IMG/VR virus record: IMGVR_UViG_3300030330_005655
Coordinates: 1 to 64,000 of that record
Length of the DNA: 64,000 nucleotides
DNA from: a virus
Lineage: Duplodnaviria > Caudoviricetes
Direction: 5' to 3' (one strand)
Of the stretch, positions 29,575 to 39,370 are shown piece by piece; position 1 is the stretch's first letter; the number at the start of each line of letters is the position of its first letter. The notes under the pieces are model-generated. The model made no database searches. It had not been told where the DNA came from and worked only from the letters and a program-made list of their open reading frames with translations. Both the position numbers and the translations under genes were made by a program.

Positions 29575-30500
29575 TAAATATATGCGCACTATCTGATAAA
29601 AACTACTTTAAATTTGGAATGGTTCTTTATGATTCACTGGTAGAGAACTGCAAACAAGATTTTACCCTTCATTACTTGTGTATGGACGAAGAAACTTACG
29701 ACGCCATAGACGCTCTCAACTTAGAGCATATCAATGCTGTAAAAATGAAAGAGCTAGAAGAAACAGAAGATTTTAAAACACTAAAAGAAAATACAGTCTA
29801 CAATCCTTCAGGAGACAATACCTATTGTTGGGCGCTCGCTTCTTTCTTTTCCGAGTATCTAGTAAATAAATTAAATTTAGAAGATTTACTTTATGTAGAT
29901 TCAGACATATGTTTCTATAATAACGTAGTAGACATTTATGAAAAACTTTCTAAAAAAAGTATCGGGATTATGCTACATAGACATAATCAAATAGGAGATT
30001 ATGTTGGAGCATACAATGTAGGGCTGATATATTTTAAAAATGACAATGTGGGATATAACTGTCTAAAATGGTGGAGAGACTGCGTTATGAATCCCAATAA
30101 TGAATGGGCTGAAGAATACGGAACCTGCGGCGATCAAAAATATCTTGAGGCTTTTGCGCCTATGTTTGGAGAAGAAAACATTTGCGTAATAGATGAAGAA
30201 ATAGGTCACGGCGCACCTTGGAATATGGGTCTATACAAATATCTACATGCAGAACTTGGGAGCGAAGTAGAGTGGAACCCAGATCCAAATTTAAATATAG
30301 GAATAGACAACAAACAAAGAATACAAAAAATGTACTTTGTACACTTTGCACAGTTTACTCCAGACTATGAAAATAATGGATATAGATTCGACAGAAGTGG
30401 CGCTTGGTGTCAATGTGGAATATACTCAAATAATGCAGTTATCAATTACTACAATGATTATTTTCTGAAAACTAGAAAATACAAGGACATGGTGAAATGA
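29571..30500 (+). CDS. GT8-like glycosyltransferase
   Basis: D.NY...LYDSL, YVDSD, YNVG, WW..C, DQKYL, APWN, HF. Confidence 0.75.
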   Translation: MINICALSDKNYFKFGMVLYDSLVENCKQDFTLHYLCMDEETYDAIDALNLEHINAVKMKELEETEDFKTLKENTVYNPSGDNTYCWALASFFSEYLVNKLNLEDLLYVDSDICFYNNVVDIYEKLSKKSIGIMLHRHNQIGDYVGAYNVGLIYFKNDNVGYNCLKWWRDCVMNPNNEWAEEYGTCGDQKYLEAFAPMFGEENICVIDEEIGHGAPWNMGLYKYLHAELGSEVEWNPDPNLNIGIDNKQRIQKMYFVHFAQFTPDYENNGYRFDRSGAWCQCGIYSNNAVINYYNDYFLKTRKYKDMVK

Positions 30501-31381
30501 AAATAACTTTTGGCATGATTGTATTGAATGGCGATCAGGTTTTGGAAGAAACCTTGGCGTCTGTATATCCATATGCGCATCAAATCCTTATAGCTGAAGG
30601 TCCAGTGGGATACTGGCAGCAACAAGGCTACACGACCTCTATGGATGGTACAAACGAGATATTAGAAAACTTTCCCGATCCAGATAACAAGATTAAGATT
30701 GTTCACTCTCAGTATTCAGAAAAAGACGAACAGTGTAATGCCTATATGGAGTTTCTTGATGACGAAACAGACTACATCTGGAACTTAGACTGCGATGAAG
30801 TTTTTAAACCAGAAGATATAGAAAAGGTTATTAATCTACTGGAAACAGAACGATATACTTCTGTAGGATTTAAAAGCGTAACATTTTACGGCGGATTTGA
30901 CAAATGTCTTGGAGGTTTTGAAGAAGGCGCAGAGTTCATGCGAATTAGAAAAGTTTATCCGGGTTCATATTGGGCAACTCATAGACCGCCGACGATAGCT
31001 CACAAGATCGACAATCCTTGGCCTGAAAAGCATCTTGACTTTAACGAGCTTGCGGAAAAACATGGCGTTAGAATGTATCACTACTCCTACGTCTTTCCAG
31101 ATCAAGTGTTTAATAAACTAAAGTATTACAAAGAATACCTAAGCGGAAACAACTGTATAGATAATTATTTTCAAGAAGTTTATCTGCCTTGGGTTCTAGG
31201 TGACGAAGAACAGAAAAACGAAATAGAAGATCGTTATCGCGGTGTGCATGAGTTTAAACCATCGTACAGAGGTGTCTGCCGCACTAAAAAATTTGAAGGA
31301 GAACATCCAGAAATTATTAAGACAAACATAGAAAAATTAAAAGAAAAGCTCGACAAACAACTTTTAAGGTATAAAGTATGA
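30497..31381 (+). CDS. GT2-like glycosyltransferase
   Basis: MIVLN, I.EG, S.DGT, LDCDE, HYSYV. Confidence 0.78.
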   Translation: MKITFGMIVLNGDQVLEETLASVYPYAHQILIAEGPVGYWQQQGYTTSMDGTNEILENFPDPDNKIKIVHSQYSEKDEQCNAYMEFLDDETDYIWNLDCDEVFKPEDIEKVINLLETERYTSVGFKSVTFYGGFDKCLGGFEEGAEFMRIRKVYPGSYWATHRPPTIAHKIDNPWPEKHLDFNELAEKHGVRMYHYSYVFPDQVFNKLKYYKEYLSGNNCIDNYFQEVYLPWVLGDEEQKNEIEDRYRGVHEFKPSYRGVCRTKKFEGEHPEIIKTNIEKLKEKLDKQLLRYKV

Positions 31382-32277
31382 TATATCTAGTCACAGGCGG
31401 TAGGGGTTTCATAGGAAGTCATTTCGTAGAAATGCTTTTAGAGCAAGGGCATTATGTTGTAGATATAGACAAGATTACTTATGCCGCAAATCGCGAACTA
31501 CCTTGGGACTATGATTCAAAGTATAAACACATAAAAGAAGATATATGTAATATAGATCATTTGCCAAACTGCGATATAATTGTAAACTTTGCGGCAGAAT
31601 CCCATGTGGACAACTCTATAGAATCTCCAAAAGTTTTTCTTAAATCCAATACGGATGGTGTTTTTAATATATTGAATTTGCTTAGAGCAAAAGTTTATGA
31701 AAAGCCATTGTTTGTTCATATAAGCACAGACGAGGTTTACGGAGACGTAAACGAGGGAGAAAAGACAGAAGGAAGTATTCTTAATCCAAGCAATCCATAC
31801 TCCGCTACAAAAGCGGCGGCAGAAATGCTTATAAACGCATACGCAAGAACTTTTCAAATAGATTATCAGATTGTAAGAAGCACCAACAACTATGGACCAA
31901 GGCAGTATCCAGAAAAACTAATACCTAGAATTATTCATTCAATAGACACTGGGCAAAAAATACCCATACACGGAGACGGATCATATGTGAGAGATTGGCT
32001 TTATGTGAAAGATAATGCTAGGGCTATTTATAAAATATGCAGTCACAACGAAAGAAATCAAACATGGAATGTTTCTGCTTATAATTACATGACCAACCTA
32101 GATGTTGTGAGAAACATATGCTCATGGAAAGGAATTGAAAACTGGATGGATCATGTAAACTTTGTTGAAAACAGAATGGGTCAAGACTACAGATATTCTA
32201 TCTCTTCGCAGAAATTAAGAAATGAATTAAACTGGACACCAGAACAAAATAAACTATTTAACTTTATAGGAGAATAA
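31378..32277 (+). CDS. rmlB: dTDP-glucose 4,6-dehydratase
   Basis: TGGRGFIGS, AAESHVD, ISTDEVYG, PYSATK, NNYGPRQYPEK, RDWLYV.D. Confidence 0.93.
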   Translation: MIYLVTGGRGFIGSHFVEMLLEQGHYVVDIDKITYAANRELPWDYDSKYKHIKEDICNIDHLPNCDIIVNFAAESHVDNSIESPKVFLKSNTDGVFNILNLLRAKVYEKPLFVHISTDEVYGDVNEGEKTEGSILNPSNPYSATKAAAEMLINAYARTFQIDYQIVRSTNNYGPRQYPEKLIPRIIHSIDTGQKIPIHGDGSYVRDWLYVKDNARAIYKICSHNERNQTWNVSAYNYMTNLDVVRNICSWKGIENWMDHVNFVENRMGQDYRYSISSQKLRNELNWTPEQNKLFNFIGE

Positions 32278-32278
32278 G

Positions 32279-32842
32279 ATGGTAGATCAAAAGATACTGG
32301 ATTTTTGGACAGAGGAAATTGGACACCTTAGCGAAGGTCAAGCACAATTCATCATTGAAAAGCTGAAAAATTTTAAAACAGATTATGTTTTGGAAATTGG
32401 CTTTGCGGGAGGTCGCCACACCTACGCTATTCTGGAGTCATTTAAGCCAAAGCAAATGGTTACTGTTGACATTGACTTTGACTATCAGGATGGTAGACAT
32501 AAAATAGAAGAAATTAAAAAAGAGTTTGATACCTGCACGTTTATAGAAGAAAACTCTGCATCATGCTTGAATCCTGAATTTTTTAATAAATATTTTCCTG
32601 ACGGGGTTGATTATGTTTTAGTCGATGGTGGTCATCAATACAACGATGCGATGCGTGATATGATGAACTGTTTTTCTTTCGTCAACGAAGGCGGCATCAT
32701 GATAGTGGACGATTATGAAAGCAAGGTTTGTCCTCTTAAAAGTGTAGACATGGCGGTAAGAGATTTCTCTGAGCAGTCAGGAAATACCTTTGAGACCATA
32801 AGTCTAGAAGACGGTAAGGGTATGGCGGTGTTCGTAAAATGA
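32279..32842 (+). CDS. Class I SAM methyltransferase (Methyltransf_24-like)
   Basis: LEIGFAGG, VDGGH.Y, GGIMIVDDY. Confidence 0.85.
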   Translation: MVDQKILDFWTEEIGHLSEGQAQFIIEKLKNFKTDYVLEIGFAGGRHTYAILESFKPKQMVTVDIDFDYQDGRHKIEEIKKEFDTCTFIEENSASCLNPEFFNKYFPDGVDYVLVDGGHQYNDAMRDMMNCFSFVNEGGIMIVDDYESKVCPLKSVDMAVRDFSEQSGNTFETISLEDGKGMAVFVK

Positions 32843-33450
32843 GCAACTATGCAACCGCTTGGAACAATGAGGAAATATCTGACCATATGATGCAGACTAA
32901 TTTCCCACACCTTCAAATCAGCAATCACTTTGCACCATTAAAGCTGTGTGTCGATTTTGTTGTTTTAAATTGTAAAAATGTTTTAGATATTGGATGCGGC
33001 AAGGCTGAGTTTGCTACAGCATTTCCTAATTTTGACTATACCGGGGCCGATCTAGGGCATGTGATAGAAAACGTTTCAAAAAAAACTAGTCCACAGCTTA
33101 ATTATGTAGCCTTCGATGCTCAAGAGGATAACTACGGTTTCATAAGTCAATTTGATTTAATTATTATGAATAGCTTTTTAAGCGAAATGCCCAATGGAAT
33201 AGAGGTGCTTGATAAAGTTTTAGAGAATACGTCAGGATATGTTATAATACACAGACAGGAATTACACTCAACAGAAGACTACTTGACTGAATATAAGACT
33301 TATGGAGGTCTTCCTACGGTAAACTATACAATGTCTAAGACAACATTAGATCGTCTACTTAAAAAAAATGACTGCACATTACTTATAAATGTTGAATCTT
33401 TTCCAGACGACAAAAAAAGAAGAACCTTACTGATTAAAAAAAATGACTGA
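32839..33450 (+). CDS. Class I SAM methyltransferase
   Basis: VLDIGCG...YTGAD, FDL. Confidence 0.82.
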   Translation: MSNYATAWNNEEISDHMMQTNFPHLQISNHFAPLKLCVDFVVLNCKNVLDIGCGKAEFATAFPNFDYTGADLGHVIENVSKKTSPQLNYVAFDAQEDNYGFISQFDLIIMNSFLSEMPNGIEVLDKVLENTSGYVIIHRQELHSTEDYLTEYKTYGGLPTVNYTMSKTTLDRLLKKNDCTLLINVESFPDDKKRRTLLIKKND

Positions 33451-34135
33451 TCAAAACATTTTAATTTTAGGTAATAAGCACTACCAAAACATTAATCTAG
33501 ACGCTATTGTAGATAGCTTTGATGTTGTTTATAGATTTAATCTTGCTCGTCCCGGCATGAATAATGGAACTAAATTTGGCAGGCTGGCAATGTGTAGCCA
33601 TGTATATCAAAACTTTGTGAGTAATCCAATTAGCAAAGAGCGTATAATAGACATATATCAAAGCGATTATACTGCTGAGTTTGTAAGTGACTGGTACGAT
33701 TTTTTTCAAGAAAACAAAGAAAAGTTCGATGCTATATTTCATCAAGATGAATACAAATGGCGCGCGTGGAACGCCATGCTTGGAGAATATGGCAGCCCTC
33801 ACAGATTTTCAAAAATGGCTACAACAGGTTACTCAACTATTTTTAAGAGTCTACAGGACGGCAACGAGAATATTTATGTTTCTGGCTTTACTTTGTGCGA
33901 AAAAGAGATTAGGCAAACAATAGGAGAAGAATACGGTTTTGCTCTATCAAAAAACCAAGGCAGCGGCTGTCATTCATTTTCTGAAGAAAGAGATGTGTTG
34001 GCTTGGCTGCATAACAACGATAAGATTGATGCGTCTTTGTGCATGTTGAAAGACGCTGAAAATCCTACTATAGAAGAAAATAAATACGACACAGAGCCTT
34101 CAAAGTTTATACTTGATTTGTTGGGAAAATTATGA
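33443..34135 (+). CDS. GT29 sialyltransferase-like protein
   Basis: ILGN...IVDSFDVVYRFN...GTK (sialylmotif L-like), TTG...IYVSGF (S-like), HSFSEE (VS-like). Confidence 0.65.
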   Translation: MTDQNILILGNKHYQNINLDAIVDSFDVVYRFNLARPGMNNGTKFGRLAMCSHVYQNFVSNPISKERIIDIYQSDYTAEFVSDWYDFFQENKEKFDAIFHQDEYKWRAWNAMLGEYGSPHRFSKMATTGYSTIFKSLQDGNENIYVSGFTLCEKEIRQTIGEEYGFALSKNQGSGCHSFSEERDVLAWLHNNDKIDASLCMLKDAENPTIEENKYDTEPSKFILDLLGKL

Positions 34136-34482
34136 AAACACAAGGAAAAATTTGGGGAAAAACCAAAGAAATATTTCAAAATTCTAACTTTGAGATTCAC
34201 AGAATCGAAGCAAAAAAAGGCGGATTTTGCTCTAAGCATCAGCACAAGCACAAATTTAATGCGTTTTATATAGAACGAGGAAAGCTAAAAATAACAATTT
34301 ATGAGAATGATTATAATCTAGTTGACGAAACCATTATATCTACAGGCGAAATGACAATCGCTAAACCCGGAACATATCATAGATTTGAAGCTATTGAAGA
34401 TACTACTTGCTATGAAATTTATTGGGTAGAGTTGAACCATAACGATATACAAAGAGAGGATGTTGGAGGGCTAAATGGCTGA
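34132..34482 (+). CDS. Cupin-domain protein (sugar isomerase-like)
   Basis: KIWG, CSKHQH, G.LKI, PG.YHRF. Confidence 0.8.
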   Translation: MKTQGKIWGKTKEIFQNSNFEIHRIEAKKGGFCSKHQHKHKFNAFYIERGKLKITIYENDYNLVDETIISTGEMTIAKPGTYHRFEAIEDTTCYEIYWVELNHNDIQREDVGGLNG

Positions 34483-35368
34483 AATGAAAAAGGGCATGAA
34501 GGACAACATAGAAAGAAAACAACCTTCTATAAATACTGTACAGCTACACAACAATATTCCGCTGTTTAGCTTTGTTGAATTAAATATTAATGAGATTTGT
34601 AATAGAAAATGCCCGTTCTGCCCTAGAGCCGAACCTGATAAATATCCAAATCAAAACATTCACATGGATGTAGCCTTAGCTGAAAATATCGCTAATCAGC
34701 TTGCCGATCTCAACTTTAAAGGTATTGTCAATATTAGCGGCACTGGCGAGCCTTTGCTGACAAAGCACATAACAGATATAGTTAAGCAGTTTGGCGATAG
34801 AGGAATACACATAGAAATTGTAACCAATGGAGACATGCTAGTAAGCAAAAAGGGAAAGCAGCTAATCAAAGATTTATATTCATCGGGTCTTTGTCAATTT
34901 GTTGTTAGTATGTATGATGGGCCTGAGCAAGTAGAATCTTTTAATAATTTATTTGCTGAATGCGGAATAGATAAAAGCTCGTACTCTTTAAGAGATAGAT
35001 GGTACGATGAGTCGGAAGACTATGGTCTGCTTTACACAAACAGAGCAGGAAACATAGGCTTTCAACACTTGTCCGATATAGCTAAAGAAAAATTAATGAA
35101 ATCAGGAAAATCTGCTTGTTTTTATACTCATTATTCTATGATGATAGACTGGAATGGTGATGCATTGCTTTGTTGTCAAGATATGTACAATAGAACGGTT
35201 AAGTTTGGAAATGTTAAAGACAAGTCTCTTCTGGATATATGGACAGATGCAAAGCTGATGGAGTTTAGAAACAAACTTAAAAACGGAGAAAGGTCTTTAT
35301 CGCCTTGCAGTAATTGTAATGCTAATGGTCAAATCTTTGGAAGGAATCACGCAGAAAAATGGAAATAG
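34475..35368 (+). CDS. Radical SAM protein with SPASM/Twitch domain
   Basis: CNRKCPFC, GTGEPLL, TNG; C...IDWNG..LCC, GNV, IW, PCSNC. Confidence 0.9.
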   Translation: MAEMKKGMKDNIERKQPSINTVQLHNNIPLFSFVELNINEICNRKCPFCPRAEPDKYPNQNIHMDVALAENIANQLADLNFKGIVNISGTGEPLLTKHITDIVKQFGDRGIHIEIVTNGDMLVSKKGKQLIKDLYSSGLCQFVVSMYDGPEQVESFNNLFAECGIDKSSYSLRDRWYDESEDYGLLYTNRAGNIGFQHLSDIAKEKLMKSGKSACFYTHYSMMIDWNGDALLCCQDMYNRTVKFGNVKDKSLLDIWTDAKLMEFRNKLKNGERSLSPCSNCNANGQIFGRNHAEKWK

Positions 35369-36489
35369 AAGCAGCGCATGGGTGCTATATAACAGACCGC
35401 AGTGGTAACACATATATTGATACTACGATGGGGTCCGGTGCGCAGTTAATAGGTCATGGCAATCCATTAAGCTTGAAGATCGCAAAACAAATAGAAAAGG
35501 GTACGATATACACCATCCCAAATTCTTATACCCATGAAGTAAATAGCTATTTAAAAAAATATATCAATCCCGATCTACACGATCAATACATATTTTGTAG
35601 TTCGGGAACAGAAGCTAATATGAGAGCTATAAGACTTGCCCGCGCCTGTAATGGTAAAAGTCTGATCGGAAGATTTCACGGTGGATGGCATGGTGGACTA
35701 GATGGTTTTTTAAAAGAGCATACAGACAACAAAGGTGTGCCAGAGCAAGTAGACAATTTATTTAAAGTATTACCTTATAATGATGACAATTGTTTTGAGC
35801 AAATTACCTCTGACATGTCTGCTGTTATAATAGAGCCGGTTCAAGGTTCTAATCCCAGATCAGACATAAAAGAGTTTTTACATAAGCTAAGAGAACACTG
35901 CGCCAAGAAAAATATATTACTAATATTTGATGAAGTGATGACGGGCTTTAGACTATCCGCTAAAGGTGGTGCTGGTGTGTTTGGTGTCATGCCAGATATA
36001 GTAACCTACGGCAAAGTTTTAGGCGGCGGGTTTCCAATCGGTGCAGTTGGAGCTAGACCAGAAATTATAAAAACAGGAAATGTGTTCTATGGAGGTACTT
36101 TCTCAGCGAATCCTTTGAGTATGTATGCCGCTAAGTTAGTACTTGAAACGATAATTGAAAAAAGACATATCAATTATGACGATCTAGACACTGCTGGAAA
36201 AATATTTCGCGACGAGCTTAATAAGTTTTTCATAACTAAAAACAAGAAAATAAGAGCTATAGGATGTGGTCCAATCAATAGGATCGTATTCACGGATAAA
36301 TTCATTACCAATAGGGAAGAAAGAGATTTATACGAACCAGAAAATGCTCAAAAAATATTTTCCAAAAAACTAAAAGAATCAGGCGTGTTTGTTAACACAA
36401 ATGGATTATATCACTTTTCTATGGCTCATACTCCAGAAGTTGTTAAAGAGCTTATTAATATAATTAAAAAGATATGTATTTATGATTAG
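35359..36489 (+). CDS. Class III PLP aminotransferase (GSA-aminomutase-like)
   Basis: SGTEA, GGWHG, IEPVQG, FDEVMTGFR, TYGKVLGGG, GTF. Confidence 0.9.
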   Translation: MEIEAAHGCYITDRSGNTYIDTTMGSGAQLIGHGNPLSLKIAKQIEKGTIYTIPNSYTHEVNSYLKKYINPDLHDQYIFCSSGTEANMRAIRLARACNGKSLIGRFHGGWHGGLDGFLKEHTDNKGVPEQVDNLFKVLPYNDDNCFEQITSDMSAVIIEPVQGSNPRSDIKEFLHKLREHCAKKNILLIFDEVMTGFRLSAKGGAGVFGVMPDIVTYGKVLGGGFPIGAVGARPEIIKTGNVFYGGTFSANPLSMYAAKLVLETIIEKRHINYDDLDTAGKIFRDELNKFFITKNKKIRAIGCGPINRIVFTDKFITNREERDLYEPENAQKIFSKKLKESGVFVNTNGLYHFSMAHTPEVVKELINIIKKICIYD

Positions 36490-37582
36490 TGTTGAGAAAG
36501 AATCAATAGAGAAAATATTCAAACATGTAGATCTACAGGAAGATGATGTTATTTTATATCTGGGCGGCAGGATTGACGATGATAATCTATACCCACGAAA
36601 GTATAGAAAATATCTAAGGGGTCAAATAGAAAGGTTGAATCCGTCCAAAATAATTTGCCATAATCATTGGTATGCTAAGAAGTATTATGAGAATGAAATC
36701 TTATCTAAGAATACTAAAATAGATATGGTATTATCATTTCACTGCTATTTTTCATCAGGTGAAATTCAAACAATTAATCCTGAACACTACGATGATCATC
36801 TCAACTGGATAAAGATATTAATAGACAAAAACCCTAACATAATCTATGCGCTGTGCATAGACGACGGAATACCCTATGGAAGAAGCCGCTATGGAACTCA
36901 AGACATAGGACCATCCTCCGTGCATGTTGACGATAGCTGGTTTGGAGAAGATTACGATCTAAATAATATTAAATACTTCGATTACGATAGAAGAACATCT
37001 GCCAAGGATTTAACGGGAAAGGATCTGGGCTATGGGGGAGAGCAAATAAACGCTACTGGTGGTTTTGCCATGATTAGGAACATACTGAATGCAGGTTTTA
37101 AGAATTTGAATATACTTGGTTTTAGCGCATTTGGGTCTGACGAAGACCAGTCTCATTTTACTCCGTATGGAGGACAATACCGCCAATACGCAGGCGTAAA
37201 GTACTTCAATATCGCAACCTCGGAAAATCAAGAAGCAGAAGCGGATATATTAAAATACTTGGTAGAAAATGAACGCATATATAATCTAGAAGATTACGAA
37301 ACACTAAAAGAATGTTTAGCTCTATCAGATTTATATTCAAGATTCATTCAAAAACATTCGCGCCAGAAACAAAATACGGAGCCACGCGCAAAGCTAAGTG
37401 TAGAGCAAAGTGAAATTAAACGAATAGCTTCTTCTGTTAGAGGCAAGGGTTCAATTGAGATAGAAAAAGATGTTAGAATTTTTAATGAAGTTCGTCGAGA
37501 ATTTCGCGGAGAACATAACAAACCCAGACTTATCAAAGGTGACAAATTACATCCGGGAATTTGGAAAATAGTATATCCTTAA
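36482..37582 (+). CDS. Hypothetical protein with possible GT29/GT42-like motif
   Basis: ATGG..MI......LNILGF...E.EA resembles sialyltransferase S/VS-type region; basic, unrelated C-terminal tail. Confidence 0.4.
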   Translation: MISVEKESIEKIFKHVDLQEDDVILYLGGRIDDDNLYPRKYRKYLRGQIERLNPSKIICHNHWYAKKYYENEILSKNTKIDMVLSFHCYFSSGEIQTINPEHYDDHLNWIKILIDKNPNIIYALCIDDGIPYGRSRYGTQDIGPSSVHVDDSWFGEDYDLNNIKYFDYDRRTSAKDLTGKDLGYGGEQINATGGFAMIRNILNAGFKNLNILGFSAFGSDEDQSHFTPYGGQYRQYAGVKYFNIATSENQEAEADILKYLVENERIYNLEDYETLKECLALSDLYSRFIQKHSRQKQNTEPRAKLSVEQSEIKRIASSVRGKGSIEIEKDVRIFNEVRREFRGEHNKPRLIKGDKLHPGIWKIVYP

Positions 37583-37636
37583 TTAAGTTAACTGGAAGCA
37601 GAAATTTATTTCAAATATTTTTTACAAAAATCAGGC

Positions 37637-38557
37637 ATGATCAATCTATTTAACATAAACAATTATATTATAAACACAAACGACCTTGGTCATATTCTTC
37701 ATGGAGAAATAGTTGAAGAGCTTGAACAGGCTTTTGCAGAATATGTAGGAGCAAAGTATGCCTGCTTTGCAAACAGCGCATCTAGCTTAATTTATCTTTC
37801 TTTAAAAAATCTTAATTCAACAGTAAAAATACCAAGCATAATACCCGTAGTTGTGCCTAATATGATACTAAACTCTGGAAACAAAATAGAGTTTTATGAT
37901 GATATTGATTGGGTTGGAGATATGTATCAATTGCATCCGGGAATATGGGACTCTGCACAAAGAGTAACAAGAAATCAGTATAGCAAATTCTCAAATTCCG
38001 ATAGCGATACTATGATATTCAGCTTTTATCCAACAAAACCCGTAGGCGGTTGTGACGGTGGAATGATTGTATCTAATAATCGTTATGCAATAGACCGATT
38101 CAAAGCTATGGTTTTAAATGGAACTAATCCATCTAAAAACTCTTGGGAAAGAGAACAAATAATGATTGGGTATAAGATGCATGGAAGTTCTATACAGGCA
38201 AAAATAGCGTATGAAAATCTGAAGAAGCTAGATAAAAAAAATAGCATTTTACAAGAAATTAGACTTGCCTTTAATGAATCTTTACATTATAATAATAAGA
38301 GCAATCATCTTTACAGAATAAGAGTAAGAGACAATTCTAAATTCGTAAAAGCGATGAAAGACGAAGGAATTCAGTGTGGCATACACTATAAGGCTTTTCA
38401 TAAGAGCGACCTTTTAAAAAATATTGTAAAATACAGAGAAATGCCAAAGTCAGAACTGGAAGAAAAGCAAACAGTAAGCATACCATTTCATGAACAACTA
38501 ACCAGCGAAGAAATACAGCGTATTATAAAAAATGTTAAAAAATTTACCAACATTTAG
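37637..38557 (+). CDS. DegT/DnrJ/EryC1 sugar aminotransferase
   Basis: ELE..FA.YVG, DSAQ, SFYPTK (PLP Lys), GGM, GYK, SIPFH. Confidence 0.88.
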   Translation: MINLFNINNYIINTNDLGHILHGEIVEELEQAFAEYVGAKYACFANSASSLIYLSLKNLNSTVKIPSIIPVVVPNMILNSGNKIEFYDDIDWVGDMYQLHPGIWDSAQRVTRNQYSKFSNSDSDTMIFSFYPTKPVGGCDGGMIVSNNRYAIDRFKAMVLNGTNPSKNSWEREQIMIGYKMHGSSIQAKIAYENLKKLDKKNSILQEIRLAFNESLHYNNKSNHLYRIRVRDNSKFVKAMKDEGIQCGIHYKAFHKSDLLKNIVKYREMPKSELEEKQTVSIPFHEQLTSEEIQRIIKNVKKFTNI

Positions 38558-38915
38558 CGACAGCAGAGGATGCCTGACTGCTATAAATAAAGGGTTTGAG
38601 TTTGCTCCCAAAAGAATATTCTACATATATAATGTACCCAAAGGGGAAAAACGAGGCGCTCACGCCCATATAAAAAGCAAACAAATACTGGTTTGTATAT
38701 CTGGCAGTGTAAAAGTTTCCCTGAATGACGGCAAATCCGTTCAGGAGTATATATTGAATAAAAACCAATCGCTATACATAGATAATATGATTTGGGATGA
38801 GCAGACGTATCTCACCGGAGATGAAATTTTGCTTGCTATTTGCTCAGAGGAACACTCAGAAGATGATTACATAAGAGACTATGAATTATTTTTAAAGGAA
38901 AAATTAAATGGCTAG
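38532..38915 (+). CDS. FdtA/QdtA-like dTDP-6-deoxy-hexulose 3,4-ketoisomerase
   Basis: DSRG.L, KRIFYIY, RGAHAH, SGS, YIRDY. Confidence 0.88.
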   Translation: MLKNLPTFSDSRGCLTAINKGFEFAPKRIFYIYNVPKGEKRGAHAHIKSKQILVCISGSVKVSLNDGKSVQEYILNKNQSLYIDNMIWDEQTYLTGDEILLAICSEEHSEDDYIRDYELFLKEKLNG

Positions 38916-39369
38916 CATTGCTGCAATGACCGACTGTTTAAAAAACTCTCAAAAGTCGTTTTACTTGGTTAAAGAATTTAACAAAATTGCAAAAGATCCA
39001 AGCGTATCTTGCTTACTTTTCACTAGCACGACTGCGGTTCCTATAACAAAGCCACTGTTTCCTTGTTATAATATATCCTTTTACGCAGATTATTCAGGGG
39101 TTTGTATAGGCAGTAGCTTGGCAGACCTGAGAATCATGACTGCTACAAGCAACAACGTCGATAAATATTTTTATCTTTGGGACTTTGAGTGGCTAGATAA
39201 TCCAATTAGCCACAACACTACCTGCGATCTACTCAGGGAAAATGAAATAAAGATAATCGCAAGAAGCGAACCACACTCAAAACTAATAGAAAACTATTGT
39301 AATAAAAAACCGGTCGGCATTTTGGATGATTGGAATTCTGAAGAACTTAGAAAAATAGTGGGAGTTTAA
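38908..39369 (+). CDS. Hypothetical protein (possible GT-B N-terminal fragment)
   Basis: KYFYLWD.EW...IIARS pattern; coupled to upstream gene. Confidence 0.4.
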   Translation: MASIAAMTDCLKNSQKSFYLVKEFNKIAKDPSVSCLLFTSTTAVPITKPLFPCYNISFYADYSGVCIGSSLADLRIMTATSNNVDKYFYLWDFEWLDNPISHNTTCDLLRENEIKIIARSEPHSKLIENYCNKKPVGILDDWNSEELRKIVGV

Positions 39370-39370
39370 A

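Noticed and set aside
35359-36489. hemL as a heme-pathway auxiliary metabolic gene
   Set aside because: Sugar-gene context, shortened N-terminus and no tetrapyrrole genes nearby
19079-39369. Bacterial O-antigen/capsule locus (host contamination)
   Set aside because: Coupled to phage ssb, shares the CCWGG avoidance and style of the flanks, and lacks transport/polymerase genes
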